From Oopsacas minuta (taxonomy: Eukaryota > Animalia > Porifera): 64,000 bases of DNA. The position numbers and the translations under genes are program-made. Shown piece after piece: positions 1-12,000 of the stretch (its first letter is position 1; each line of letters starts with the position of its first letter). The notes under the pieces are model-generated. The model was not told the origin of the DNA. It saw only the letters and a program-made list of their open reading frames with translations, and searched no databases. The stretch spans positions 109,377 to 173,376 of the forward strand of contig JAKMXF010000314.1 in the NCBI GenBank assembly GCA_024704765.1, written 5' to 3'.

Positions 1-2
1 AT

Positions 3-539
3 TTCTTTGGATCAGAGGGTAACATCATCAAATATTTACGAACAGAAGATTTGTGTAACGACAAATATTTCACTATCTTCCAATGCCACCAATGCACCAA
101 TATCTTTGAGACACAATCCATGATTAGTAATATAGGAGGCGTTATTACAAACCTGGAATCATCTGTTAATCGAAGTCTCGTTCCTATTAAATGCAAGTCT
201 TGTGGATCAACTACTGCTGTCTTAGAGAGGATATCTGGTCAATTCAAGTCAATACCTGTCATGCAAACAATTGAAATCGGACATCTACCCGAATTGCCAG
301 ACATTTTTGCAAGTGATATTGACAAACACTTTACCATCAGTCACAACCAACGGACACTTCACTACCAACTTGCTGGCTTTAGCATATTGAGTAATAGACA
401 CTTCTATTCAATCCTTTACCAAAACGGGCAATTCTATAAATATGACGGAATGAGAGAACCAATTATCCAACTTTGGGACTGTGACACTTTCATCGGATCA
501 CTCAATACTGTATTCTATCTCTTGCACTCTTCTGACTAA
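3..539 (+). CDS. 5'-truncated intronless ORF with a USP/peptidase C19-like C-terminal half (zinc-ribbon fingers plus His box); probably cargo of a mobile element
   Basis: The frame is open from base 3 (FFGSEGNIIKYLRTEDLCNDK...) to TAA at 537-539. It has two CxxC pairs (CHQC, CKSC), then YQLAGFSILSNRHFYSILYQNGQFYKYDGM, which resembles the USP His box (Y-x-L...H-[FY]...[FW]-x-x-[YF]-D-[DG]), and a terminal VFYL strand. The Cys box would lie outside the window. Confidence 0.55.
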   Translation, partial: FFGSEGNIIKYLRTEDLCNDKYFTIFQCHQCTNIFETQSMISNIGGVITNLESSVNRSLVPIKCKSCGSTTAVLERISGQFKSIPVMQTIEIGHLPELPDIFASDIDKHFTISHNQRTLHYQLAGFSILSNRHFYSILYQNGQFYKYDGMREPIIQLWDCDTFIGSLNTVFYLLHSSD

Positions 540-571
540 TTCTTAGCGATTCACGACTCTTTTCCATCATT

Positions 572-780
572 CGAAAGCGCTCAAAGGCAAGGTACATCGA
601 ACTTTGTGGGGACCTCTGCCCGAGGTTATTCAGGCAACGCAATCCCTATCATGGTGAGCCCAGATAATGGAAACGCGACCTGCAACAGCACATCCCCAGT
701 GGCGAATATCATCACTCTACCATCTAAGTATATTGCGAGAAAGGCAGCGCAACTGACGAGTCTACGCCGAGACGAAATAC
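572..780 (+). repeat. Hammerhead-bearing dispersed repeat, copy A
   Basis: 572-704 aligns by eye at roughly 88-90% with the reverse complement of 6308-6440. A diverged ~25-30 nt spacer follows, then the hammerhead. Confidence 0.9.
728..780 (+). ncRNA. Type III hammerhead ribozyme (copy A)
   Basis: Stem III GUAU(728-731)/AUAC(777-780); cleavage triplet AUA with predicted cut after 732; stem I UUGCG(733-737)/CGCAA(748-752); core CUGACGA (753-759); stem II GUCU(760-763)/AGAC(770-773); GAAA (774-777). Loop 1 GGC (743-745) is complementary to loop 2 GCC (766-768). Confidence 0.85.
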
Positions 781-904
781 AGCATGGAATCAGATACAAG
801 CGAATTTCTTATCTATTTTTTAATGTCTCCTTGTCTGTGGCCGTTCGGGGTCCGTTAGCTCTCGCGTGTCTGTTAAATTACGATTCATTGTACGTGTTCA
901 TTTA

Positions 905-971
905 TGTTGCAGCTTAGAATCAAATTTGGTGTGATCGCAATCACATCAAACTGGCTCCAACACTGCACACA
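905..971. mobile_element. 67-bp minimal derivative of the TGTTGCAG...CTGCAACA TA-targeting element family
   Basis: TA|TGTTGCAG...GGTGTGATCGCAATCACATC...CTGCACACA|TA. It has the same termini and palindromic core as the element at 29587-33058. Confidence 0.5.
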
Positions 972-1935
972 TAAACAACGCGAGGTTAACGTTAAACGTT
1001 TAGCGTTAGGGGGTGGCTGTAAGGGGAAGGAAGAGGCCACCGTAGCTAACTTGTTTTGTTTCTAGAAATCTAGTGTTTTCCAGGAGTATGCAGCGTGCCA
1101 GAGGCTAGCGGTTTTCACCTCCACTCTATATGTGTATCAACATTATACCAAGACTCCCGTAACAAATGCATAGTCTACGCTTGCCCAATTGATGAACATA
1201 TTTCAGTGGTATATTCCTTAAAGCTTGTTAGGAAGTATAGATAAATGGCAAAGATGAACTCGCCTACAATTCGTACTTAAGATATTCCGAATATTCAGTA
1301 TCATGCTAATGCTTGCAAAATTTTTGTTATTGATAGAATATATTGCAATATATAGATTGACATGTTAAATTATATTATTTATTATGAGTTATTAATACAA
1401 TTATCAAACTCCTACCACCTTCTGTCCAAGTAATATTATTATAAAATATTTATATATACCTGTCTATTTTTGGCATTTTGGATAATTATACATATTGTAA
1501 ATTGGTAATACGTAGTGGGAACATAGTTTACATGTTATCAAACAAATTCACTACTTTCTAGAATCCAAATCTAAATTGACTTGTTTATTCAGTTACGTAT
1601 ACGTATGGCAAGTCTAAAGTTGAATTCATTATGTACATTTAGTGGTAATTACGTAATGAAAGTGTATGGAATTTGTAAAAGTCAAATGACAGAGAAGTAA
1701 GATTACTTTAGGGTCAAAATCCCACGACCATAATACATTTTGATGCGGGTCAAAATCTTACACATAAATTACATCGTAGGATTTTGCCCCGCACCATGGA
1801 TATTTCAAAGACCTAGAACTTCTTGTCTATAACGGCCATTCAAGGCTAGTAGTAACTATTATGTACAGGTAACCGCTATGTAGATGTAGATTACTAATAA
1901 AAATATATTCATATACTAAGCGTTATAATGAAGCT

Positions 1936-2757
1936 CTAGATATTATGTAAACTGTCATTCATAAACTCTTCGATATCACTATCGTCTTCAAATGACAGGG
2001 ACATGGGCTCATTGTTGATGACCATCGCAACTTCCTTAGGCTCGATTGTAATTTCCAGCTTCTTGATTATTGTGATATACTTTTTCTGGTATCTGATGTA
2101 TAATAATTCCTTCATGACCACCGGTGACATTCTCTTTCTCATTTTTGAAAGTAGGTTGCCGGCATGGCAGAACAACCTCTCCACGGCTGCAGAAGATATT
2201 GGTGCAGATAAAATTATCTTTGCACAGGTTCGCAGACGTGTTAAGACACTGTACCGCCAAAACTGAGTTGGATCCTCCATTGGTACCCGGGTGTCTCTGA
2301 ATTCTTGGAGCTCTATATCAAGAGGAGTAACCTTTTGCCTTTTGGCTAGCAACACCAGAATTCACGAGTGAAAGGGATGAATAGCAATAGCAATAATTGC
2401 ATCATAATTGCATAGTAATTTGTTATCTTTCACCAACATAGATCTTGAAAGAATTCAAAAGTTTAGATGAAATCTGGCACTATTCACGACACAACAATTG
2501 CTGACATTACAATTATTGGCTACCTACACGACTTCACCGATCTTACCGATAATAACTAATTTTCCATCATAATCGATTCTCAATTGGGAAATCAAATAAT
2601 TTCATAATTTGAAATTCATACGGTATGAAATAATAATCGTGTGGTGCTGGTTAGTCACATGCAATACACCAGCTTAGCAGATGGGGCTAATTGATGGGGC
2701 CGGTAAAAATTTAGATGGGGCGCTAGCCCCATCTAACTCATGCTAGAGCCGCCACTG
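1936..2757 (-). pseudogene. Internally deleted hAT transposon: C-terminal dimerization domain plus a terminal CAGTGGCGGCTCTAGC-type end
   Basis: ORF 1936-2355: DPTQFWR...AKIILSAPISSAAVERLFCHAGNLLSKMRKRMSP...ELLYIR (hAT dimerization motif). An hAT-like terminus ends at 2757. Confidence 0.75.
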
Positions 2758-3566
2758 AACAACACTAGAAGTGTACTTAGTAATATTGTTAATTTAATCA
2801 TAACAGCATCCCTATTATTGAATATCCCATGGATATCCATATCCACGGCAAGTCTGATAGATATGCTATTGGGATTTTGTATTGCGGACAAGATACTATG
2901 CAGCAGATCCATACAAAAGAAAATACATATTCAGAAAATAATACACAGCTTAAATTATTTAGTGGGATATGTTTCATTACTGATATTGTCAAACAAAGAA
3001 ATGTTTGTTTCATTTCATATTTTTTGTTGTTTAAGTAAATAAAACAAATTCTATACAAGTAATAGTAATTCTACTCCAGGAGTTTGGGGAAAATTTTGTT
3101 TTTGACTGAATAACGAAGCTGTGATATACAAAATATCGACGTGATAGGCAAAAATGGATAACGCTTTGGACTCAGCCGACAGGAATTAGCAATGCAACTT
3201 GTATGGTTTGTGTAAATGCTGTCGCCCAGTATTATCAATATATATGATTTTGTCGGTATACAATAAATGCAACACGGTAATTCCTTGAGTAAGAGCCCGG
3301 GCGCATATTCTTTTCGTGGTGATAATTTCATATAAATTCTTTACAATTTTTTAAAACATAAATGATTCTAGGGAAACAAATTATAGTTTGTTGACAGTCA
3401 AATGAGCAGTAAATTGTATAAAAACAAAGAAGAATTTTAGAGGGTGAGGATAATTTCTATTCAAAAGGCTTTTCCATGCCTACGACGCTCATCGAAAGAA
3501 ATATGGTATATCAAATTGGATAAATCGTTTCCTGAAGGGATTTCCTGAAGCTTTTTTGGTGATTTG

Positions 3567-4078
3567 CTAGGGTGTGACCCGTAAAACCCGTGGTCCGTGG
3601 CCCGCTATCAAAGCCCGCGACCCGCGGCCCGCTTATTTATTCCACCAGTCCGTGATTTAGGAAATTTGTTTATTTTATGGCACTGTTGGCTGAATTCGTA
3701 AATGTATTCTCAAAGAATTGAGAATTCCTATAAATTCCGCGTTATAAGATGCGGGAAATCGTGTGCGCAAATAGTATATATATGAAACTTTATATATATG
3801 CAACACTTTGATTGTTTCATTAGTTACAGATAACACTGACATGATTCTAACTCTCTATGAGGATTATTAGATTAAACGAAAATAACATTTATAATACTTG
3901 TGATACTTACATATACTAAAATAGTAATAATTTCATGACGTAATTCTATAACTAAAGTATATTCATCATCTGTATAATTGTTCTTTTTGACTCTTTCCAG
4001 CCCGTTTTGTGCCGCGGCCCGTGGAAAAAAGCCCGCAGCCCGTGATTTACAATAAAGCCCGCACGGGTCGCACCCTAG
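3567..4078. mobile_element. hAT-type MITE, copy 1 (512 bp)
   Basis: TIRs CTAGGGTGTGACCCGT / ACGGGTCGCACCCTAG; perfect 8-bp TSD GTGATTTG (3559-3566, 4079-4086); GCCCG subterminal repeats; near-identical to 45521-46033. Confidence 0.95.
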
Positions 4079-6225
4079 GTGATTTGGAGTGAATAAAGTA
4101 TGAGTAATTCTTTGACAAACCATCCAATGAGTTCACCAAAATATGGCCGATTGGCTTGAAACTTTACCCACTGCAAAAGTCCGTTACGATTCTATAGCAT
4201 CCTGAAAGATATAACTTATCAATATGATAGTTTCCAAGAAAATTAAATACTGATTTTCCTAAATTTCTCAATGAAATTCCAAAATCAGAAATTATAAAAC
4301 TCCTCTCTAACAAAGTATTAATATCTTTAGTTTACAAGTGATAATTGACTTAGAATTAATAATTAGGTGAATTACGAAATTAGCATAATTTTCAAAAATC
4401 TTTAGGTTGAACTTGGTTCAGCCACAGTTTAACTTTATGAGATGTATTACATCGCTGCAAATATTGATAGGGATGGATCTAACAGGATACCTGCTCTAGG
4501 GTATATTTCAATATGATACAAAATTCCGAGGTCATCACTTCCCTCTGAGTTCTAAATAACTATTTCAGATTGACTCGCCTATAATTGGTAATGTGATATA
4601 TATCATTGTGATTCTTCATAGTTAACAGATCAAGGCTGGGGTTTTTACATTAGTAATGGAAAGGCACAGTAATTTTACACTTCGATAAACCAATCCCAGC
4701 AAAAAAACCGAGATTTTAGCATCTTTTTGACGCCATAAGATCACACATTTACTCGACAGTGTTGGGTTATTAGAAAATGCAGAGACGAAGCCCCACAATG
4801 TTTTAGAAAGAAATGTATAATAATTTGGCCCCTGCCCGATTTTAACTAAACCCACTGCACTAATTGGGAATAAATTACAAAATTTCCACATAAATTTTCT
4901 ATTATTACATTGCCAATGTGCTCCAAAATTTCATTTCAATTAAATTTGAAATGTATTGTTAATATTTGCGACTGAAACTGGGATCATTCATAAAATCAAT
5001 TTTCTAAAGCCGGATCAAAAATGCCCCAAATGACTGTGTCATGACATAGAAATATCCAAAATTAATCCACTATAACAGATCACGGTTGAAGCAATACGCT
5101 CCTAATGAAAAGGAACACAATTTTTTTATCACCTTGTTTTAACCAATTTCTGGACATAAACATGATTTTAGCAATATTTGAAGTTATAAAATCACACATG
5201 ATTTCCGGACCGCGTTTGGTTAACAATATACTAAACCGGTGGATATCGAACATAGAGAGCTTAAAATCAGGAACTCTACGCTCAGATTTATCCCTGAAAA
5301 CAAGTCGAAACTTATCTCTAGTACGTTTTGAAATCTACCTGGAAATGTGTGAAATATAAATAATCGCAAAAGGTGTGAGGTGTAAAACTCACTTTAGAAA
5401 AAATTGAACCCCAAGGTGGAAATCTCTGACAGAAATGTACTTGTGTACCGATTTATTGGTCAATCGGGCTATAAAATTTCGGATGGCAGCGCGGACAGAC
5501 GGACATATGCATGTCGTACATTTTCCATGACATTAAGAACATCTCCCAATAGGAGTTGCACTAATAATCAGATATGTTAAAGATTGAGAGACATAATTAA
5601 TAACTAAACAAACTATTACCAAACATAACACAGTGACTTTAAATGGCTATCCGTAGGCTTTAGGGTCTTGGGTACACTTAAAGTGCATAAAATGTGTTAT
5701 ATATCTATGGGTTATTGCATAAAACTAGTTGATTAACAGCAAAATATTTTTTGGTATGGAATATATATTTGAGTTATGACGACGTAATCACAATTTGCAA
5801 AACAAATAAACTAGCGCAAATCTATTTTAGTTTGGAATCAGGGGGATACAATCCGTTATTCACTAATTAGCTAATCACTATTTAAAGTAGATTGACCAGA
5901 TTGAATATTGTATATGGCTTCTATTTTTTGTTATGGTGACGTGAGCAAATAATACAAGTTAAATTCCAGAAATATCTGTGTTATCTGAGTTATTTAAATA
6001 AAGTGTTCACACTAAAATCATCCACAAAGGGATAAAGTGTTTAGATTATCAATTTAGCGTTCTTTTTGCTGTATTATTACGGCAATGGCAATTTTATCTA
6101 AGAAACGACTATAATTGAAATTGTAAATTTGTCCGGTAACTTGGACGTTTCGCGTGATCTTAATAACCAACGGTCAATTTCCCGTTAAATATATTTTAAA
6201 CAGTTGTAGCTTTATTGCGTTCCAA

Positions 6226-6278
6226 ATGTTTCGTCCTGTCATAGACTCCTCAGTTGCCTCGCCTTTTAGCTAATACAC
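6226..6278 (-). ncRNA. Type III hammerhead ribozyme (copy B, partly degenerate)
   Basis: Minus strand reads GUGU-A-UU(A)GCU..GGCAA-CUGAGGA-GUCU-AUGACA-GGAC-GAAA-CAU. The core is intact with a GUA triplet and a compensatory A-U to G-C change in stem III versus copy A. Stem I has a bulge and loop 2 has GAC instead of GCC. Confidence 0.7.
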
Positions 6279-6440
6279 ATCAAATGGATCAGTGTTATTG
6301 AATGTTTACGCCACTGGGGATATACCGTTGCGGGTCGCGTTCCCATTATCTGGGCTCGCCATGATTGGGATAACGTAGCCTGAATAGCCTCGGACAGAGG
6401 TCCCCACAAAGTTCGATGTACCTGCCTTTGAGCGCTGTCG
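6226..6440 (-). repeat. Hammerhead-bearing dispersed repeat, copy B (inverted relative to copy A)
   Basis: The reverse complement matches 572-780. Confidence 0.9.
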
Positions 6441-6528
6441 AAAACTATTTCTATGGAAGTTGAAGAATGAATGCAAGACGCTATTCAAATATTAACGAAT
6501 TAAATAAAAAGTCTTGATCGTTAGTCTA

Positions 6529-7833
6529 CAGAGGCCAATAAGTTCTGGGACATAACTTTATATCGTACCAAAATCTTTCATGATTTAGATTGATTGACGT
6601 TACTGGTTTGTATTTATTCTGTTATCTCTCGCTATACAATATTTATTGAAAAATACACTATTTGAAAACCAAAAACAAATTATCAGCTATGGAGAAAGAA
6701 TAGTCGGCGATTGTTGAATTATTTCAAAAAAGGAAAAACAGAAGGAAATAATGAAACTTTAAAAAATTACCCAGACACGTCGGAATTTCGTAATCCGTAC
6801 GATAAAACGTTTCAATGAGACTGGTAATGTGATCAGGACAGAGCCAGAACTGGTCGCCCGGTCTCCATCACGACCGTAAAGATGCGAAAGGTAGTGCGGA
6901 GTCGAGTGTGGGGAAATCCCCAGCGATCGATCAGAAAAATGCTAAAGAACTGAAAATATCCCGTGGATCTCTTCAAACGATTGTCAAGAGAGATTTAGGG
7001 CTATCTTAGTTTAAGAGAAGGAAAGTCCATTCCTTTCAGACAAAATAAAGACAAAGAGGCTCTCAAAAAGCAAAGTCCTCCATACACGACTCGGAGCCCA
7101 GGGGCTGGATCAAGTCCTTTTCTCTGATGAAAATTTTTCAGCATTGAACAAGCATTCAATCTTCAAAACGATAGAATATTATCTAAATCACTTCTACTAT
7201 CCCTGATGAGTATAGGTACGTCAAAAGGGTCCAGAAACCACTCTCGTTGATGGTTTGGGCGGAGTATCTTCTGTTGGCCGGACACCACTGGTTTTCGTCC
7301 CTGCAGGGGTCAAAATCAATGTTGCAAAGTAAAAGGAGCTCATTTTACAGCCCATTGTGAAAGATCTTGGTGAGATGATGTTTGAAAACCAGCCGTTTAT
7401 ATTCCAACAAGACGGTGCTCCTGTCCATACAGCAAACAGTACTCCGGAATGGCTTCAGACAAATATTCCTGACTTTATCTCAAAGGTAGAATGGCCGCCA
7501 TCTAGCCCAGACCTCAACCCTCTAGATTTCTCAGTGTGGTCCATTTTAGAGTCAAGTGCTTGCTCGAAGTCCCATAACAGTATTGAGTCTCTAAAGCAAT
7601 CTCTGACGAGAGAATGGGCAAAAATCCCACAGAGATGCTGCATACCGTAGTGTGGACAGTCCCCGGGCGTTTGAAGGCTGTTATCAAAAAGGAATGCGGA
7701 TACATAGAATAGAGATTGTGCACAATAAAACTCATAATGCCTAACTACTCATGCTAAAACATCAACTCAATATAATGAATATTGATTAAATTATAATAGT
7801 TTTTCTATGTGTCAGAACTTATTGGCCACCCTG
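6529..7833 (+). mobile_element. Tc1/mariner transposon, DD37D (maT-like), decayed transposase
   Basis: TA|CAG..GGCCAATAAGTTCTG TIRs at both ends with TA flanks. Transposase remnants VLFSDE, FQQDGAPVHTA and WPPSSPDLNPLDFSVW, with 37 residues between the 2nd and 3rd D. Frameshifts and stops in the 5' part. Confidence 0.9.
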
Positions 7834-8810
7834 TAGTGAAGCAAATTTGTGCTTTTCAGCCTGTAGGTGTGTCCGATTCCTCTACATTCCTTACACTTAA
7901 GAACATTACAAAACCTATCAGATTTGGACAGACGGTTCTTTCCACTTAATGAAGTAACACGTTCAGACTTCAATTAGCTGAATCTCCGAATTTAGGAGAA
8001 TTCGCCATTTGAAAGAACAAGATCTGGATGAAGGAATCGACTACCGTTGTAATTGATGATTTTAAGTGAAGAACATCAAGTGCTTCCTGGTTTTTCATTT
8101 AGAATGCGAAATAGTTGTGAAATTTAGTAAATTAAGTAGTATAATAAGAATTGCTTAAATTCTGAAATTCTTAAAATAAAGGGGTCGCTCAATTAAAAAT
8201 ACTTGGTGTTCATTTGGGGAAGGTTGGGGGAGGCTGGATTTAGTTCCAAATCACCAATAATATTATGACATAACCCTAAACTTGATATTAACTGGCCACG
8301 ATTGGCCACAGTGAGTTTTCGGGGTAAGTAGAGCAAGGTATTATGTGCTCGGACACATTATGTGATGCTAAAATTAACTGAACCATGGAGAAATATTCAA
8401 AGCGAAACGTTCAGTCCGATTCATAATTGAGAAGTTTATATTCTGGACTAATAATAGGTTAAAACCCTGAGCTGTCATCCACATGATTATTTTTTGATAG
8501 CTAGAATTATGTGCCCATGTATAATTATATGATAGAGGTGAATAAGAATTCAATTATAGCTATCCACTAAGTATGACATTTGATTACAAAGCAAAAGGAA
8601 TTTGTTCAAGAAAATTATGATTCCCAGGTTTCAGACTATGCTGAATCAATGGTAACATTTTCGAAACCTTATGGGGAGATGAAAAATTGCTCTAAAGCCT
8701 ATGGTGAAGCCACTGTGCATTAACACCACAGAATTCTAAAAGACAAAATAAACCAATTCAAATTTACTCTCTGAGTGCATATAACGAAATAGTATTCATT
8801 AAAGAGTAAC

Positions 8811-9029
8811 CTCGATTACTTGTTCCTTTGAAATTAGTGTATCGAGAATGATTACTTTCTTTGTCTTGTCAGATAACTTTCCAATCATATACTGATCATC
8901 TACCCACCAAGGCTTACCAAAATTCCCTGCCCAATCAGTTCTTGGTCCTTGAGGAGGAATGTGGATAAATCTACCAACAGGAGTGTAGGGTACATTACAA
9001 CCAGTGATTGGATCAACATGTGTCCGTAT
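8811..9029 (-). CDS. CYB5D1: CYB5D1 orthologue, coding exon 3 (219 bp, phase 0/0)
   Basis: [73 protein letters not shown] matches the recalled vertebrate CYB5D1 segment IRKHIDPLTGC...GRFVHVPP...DFGKPWW...TLE. Acceptor tttttcctcctag, donor gttact. Confidence 0.92.
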
Positions 9030-12000
9030 CTAGGAGGAAAAATATTATCTAAGCAATGATCGATATATGTAGAATCGAACCGATGTTAAATAACGGATAT
9101 GGGTACCAATATATTAATTAGGAAAATTTAAATTTCATCAAAGGTTCTATAAACAATAATTATTCAGGACCGATGCCGCCAATTAAATCTTGTGGGTGTC
9201 AATTATAATAGAATGTAGGTGACTAAACAACCTTTACCATAGAGGATAATGCAAGGTTTTCATCACAGTAGGTATCCGGGTACCCAGGACAAAATATGCT
9301 TCTCTAAAAAATTTAATAACTTAGGTATTAAATTTTAATTATCTTGAAAGTTGACAATTAGGCGGATTAAACATCATAGTAGATACATTTTCAGAATGTT
9401 TGGGCACAATTTTCTAAGAAAAAATTTAGGTTGAAGATGGTAAAGCTTAAGCTAGACTTTTGCGAGATTTAGCATAACGTGCAGAGGATTGATAAGGGAT
9501 GGTTATAACTAATTATGATTCTTGGTATCTCAAATTGTTAAAGGACAAGTACTATTATCTATAACTTCTTATCTATATTTTAATGATTTATCATGTGTGT
9601 GTAGTATACTCATTAATTTTCAAATTAAAAAGTAATTGATATCAAGACCAGAAGAAAAATAATATTTAGAAACTTCATTTGTTGTTATATACAACAGTAG
9701 TAATCTTTCTGGAATACTAGAATACATTTTTATGCAAGTGTGGGTAAACCGGATAAATTCTAAGGACAGCGAAAAAAGATAAAGCGGACTAGACTCTATA
9801 TTCCTATAGGATGCATTAGTTGCCCCTTTGCTGGAAACAAACTTCGCTTAACACTAAATATGCTATCTATGGAACTTTGATTCATCATGGGTATATTGAA
9901 TGGAATCCACAGAGATAGTGTTACAGTAGTTGGAATTTGAAAATACACAGTATTTTTCGCTCTTGGTCCAGTTTCACACAAATTTGTGAACAAAGTAGTT
10001 TAATTGAACCTTAGCTAGATATCTGAAAAATTCGATTTGAGACTTTGGAGGTGCCTTCAATCTTGCAAAAGTACTTGATACTAAACAATCTGATACTTTT
10101 AGAAGAATTTAGTAAAAAGGGTTGTGATCGGCGGTGATATGATAAATATCACTTGTTGAAACGATTTTCAATAGGAAAGTTAAACAGTACATGATTTGTT
10201 ATCAAATTTATTATTAATCGACATCAAAACTTCAAACTATTGAAACACAAGTTTTCAGGATCTCTTAACAAGATCGAAATAAATTATTCAGTAAATTTAG
10301 ACAAAATCAGACAAAAAGCAATAAAAATCCAGAATAACAAATTAATTTACAGTACCACTCAGTCTATGTGGATATCAATCAAATTTACAAGATGAGTCAA
10401 TACCGTGTAGATAACATGCGTATTTGGTTGCAAGCGATAAATGTTTTTCACAAAAGCGGCAACCGATACACACTAATCCATTGCAAACGAGATATGTACC
10501 AAAAATTTTAATATGTGGAATATCGACGATTAGAAATTAGCAATTTTCTCGAAAATTCAACATAAATTTAAGCCCCAGTCACGGAGATCTAAACCATTCT
10601 ATAAATGAATCAATATATATCTAAGAATTTTTCAGATAACAAACGATCAGGTATTCATGTTAAATACAGTAGACTCCGATTAATAGAGCCAGAGTTAATT
10701 GGGTCACTTGGCCAGAAACAGAAACTTAGAAATAGTTATAATAATCATTTCTGTTGATCGGGAAAACTTCCACATTCCGGTTAATCAAGCCAGTTGTACA
10801 TGTATGAAATCCAACAAAAATTGAGGAACAGCAGAAGTCGCAGAAAATTCTGGAATGGAATGTTGTTACATCCATTGCATATTCCTGATTTGCTATGTCA
10901 AAACAAATCTCCAAATATGGTCATGTCACCCATACAATTGACGGAAATTTGATACTGAGTATGAATCTGGAGGAGAAAAGTGATAAGATTTGAAAAGGTC
11001 AGCCCTGGGGTATGTTTCGTGGAATTAGCAGACTACAAGTCAGATATATAAGAGAGATGTCCCCATCCTAATATTGTCCAGGAGCCTTGAACGTACACGT
11101 GTGCCAATTTTTAAGCATGTATCCATTTTTAAACAATATCAAGCTCATACCACCTGACTAGAAGAGAAAATATATAGTACTACAAAGCCCTCCTAGATAT
11201 AAAAATGTTCAAAGGGACAGATGGTAACCATATGAAATTTTCTATACAGTGAAATGTAACTATAAACATAAATTTATCATAAAGTGAAAGTTCAAAATAT
11301 CCATATTTTTTTCCTAAGTCATAGATGTAGTTTACTTCCAGAGTTGGTCTCAATTCGAGTACTTGCTAACAGTCAGAACAAGAAACTCAGTATTCACTTT
11401 GTATTATTTTTAATTCTCCATGTGGAAAAATAAGCTAGAACAATATAAATGAAGCAGTTAGAATATCAAGAATCCTGTAGGAAATATAAGAATATATACT
11501 AACCGACCAAAGAAAGTTGGACACAACTAACTATACATTTAGAAATCGTGGAAATATAACAAATATCCGAATATGCATACGATAATACTCTGCGTGGACG
11601 TGAACAGAAGTATTCATCCAGTGCTAAAATATTTATACAAATAGTACGAATCTCGTATATCCTTGAGGGGACAGTATATTACTACTGTAGGATACATTAT
11701 ATCTCATGTCTTATTTGCATTCTAAGTATTTGAAACCTCAGTATACAGACTTCATATTTAGATACTTAATTACAAGGGTGAAAAATTTCAAACCATGACA
11801 CAATGTGCACTTTATACAATTTTCAACAATTATATATACGGTGATAGGTTTCATCACTAAGTGACACAGGGCTGCAAATTTTTTAAGTTATTTGTGAATA
11901 TTTTATAAAATTCTTAGAAACTCTTTTATCAGCATATGTAGATTGCGAATTTTATACCAAATAGCCGTTGAATAATAATCTTTCACTGTATTGGGTCAAG

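Noticed and set aside
600-710. HDV-like or twister ribozyme in the conserved GC-rich segment (GGCGAA and UCCC..AGCCC..AUAA look-alikes)
   Set aside because: The required P1/P1.1/P3-L3 order and the twister loop and pseudoknot partners cannot be built on either strand.
606-917. 103-aa ORF, and its 60-aa counterpart at 6306-6488, as a conserved protein
   Set aside because: The similarity simply reflects the nucleotide repeat. The frames diverge after the repeat, the starts are non-ATG and there is no domain signal.
2740-3331. Cluster of overlapping short ORFs
   Set aside because: No domain motifs; the composition is typical of AT-rich non-coding sequence.
6135-6175. Minimal Penelope-type hammerhead remnant (CGAAACGTC on minus strand)
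   Set aside because: There is no CUGANGA and no stem II upstream; this is too degenerate to support.
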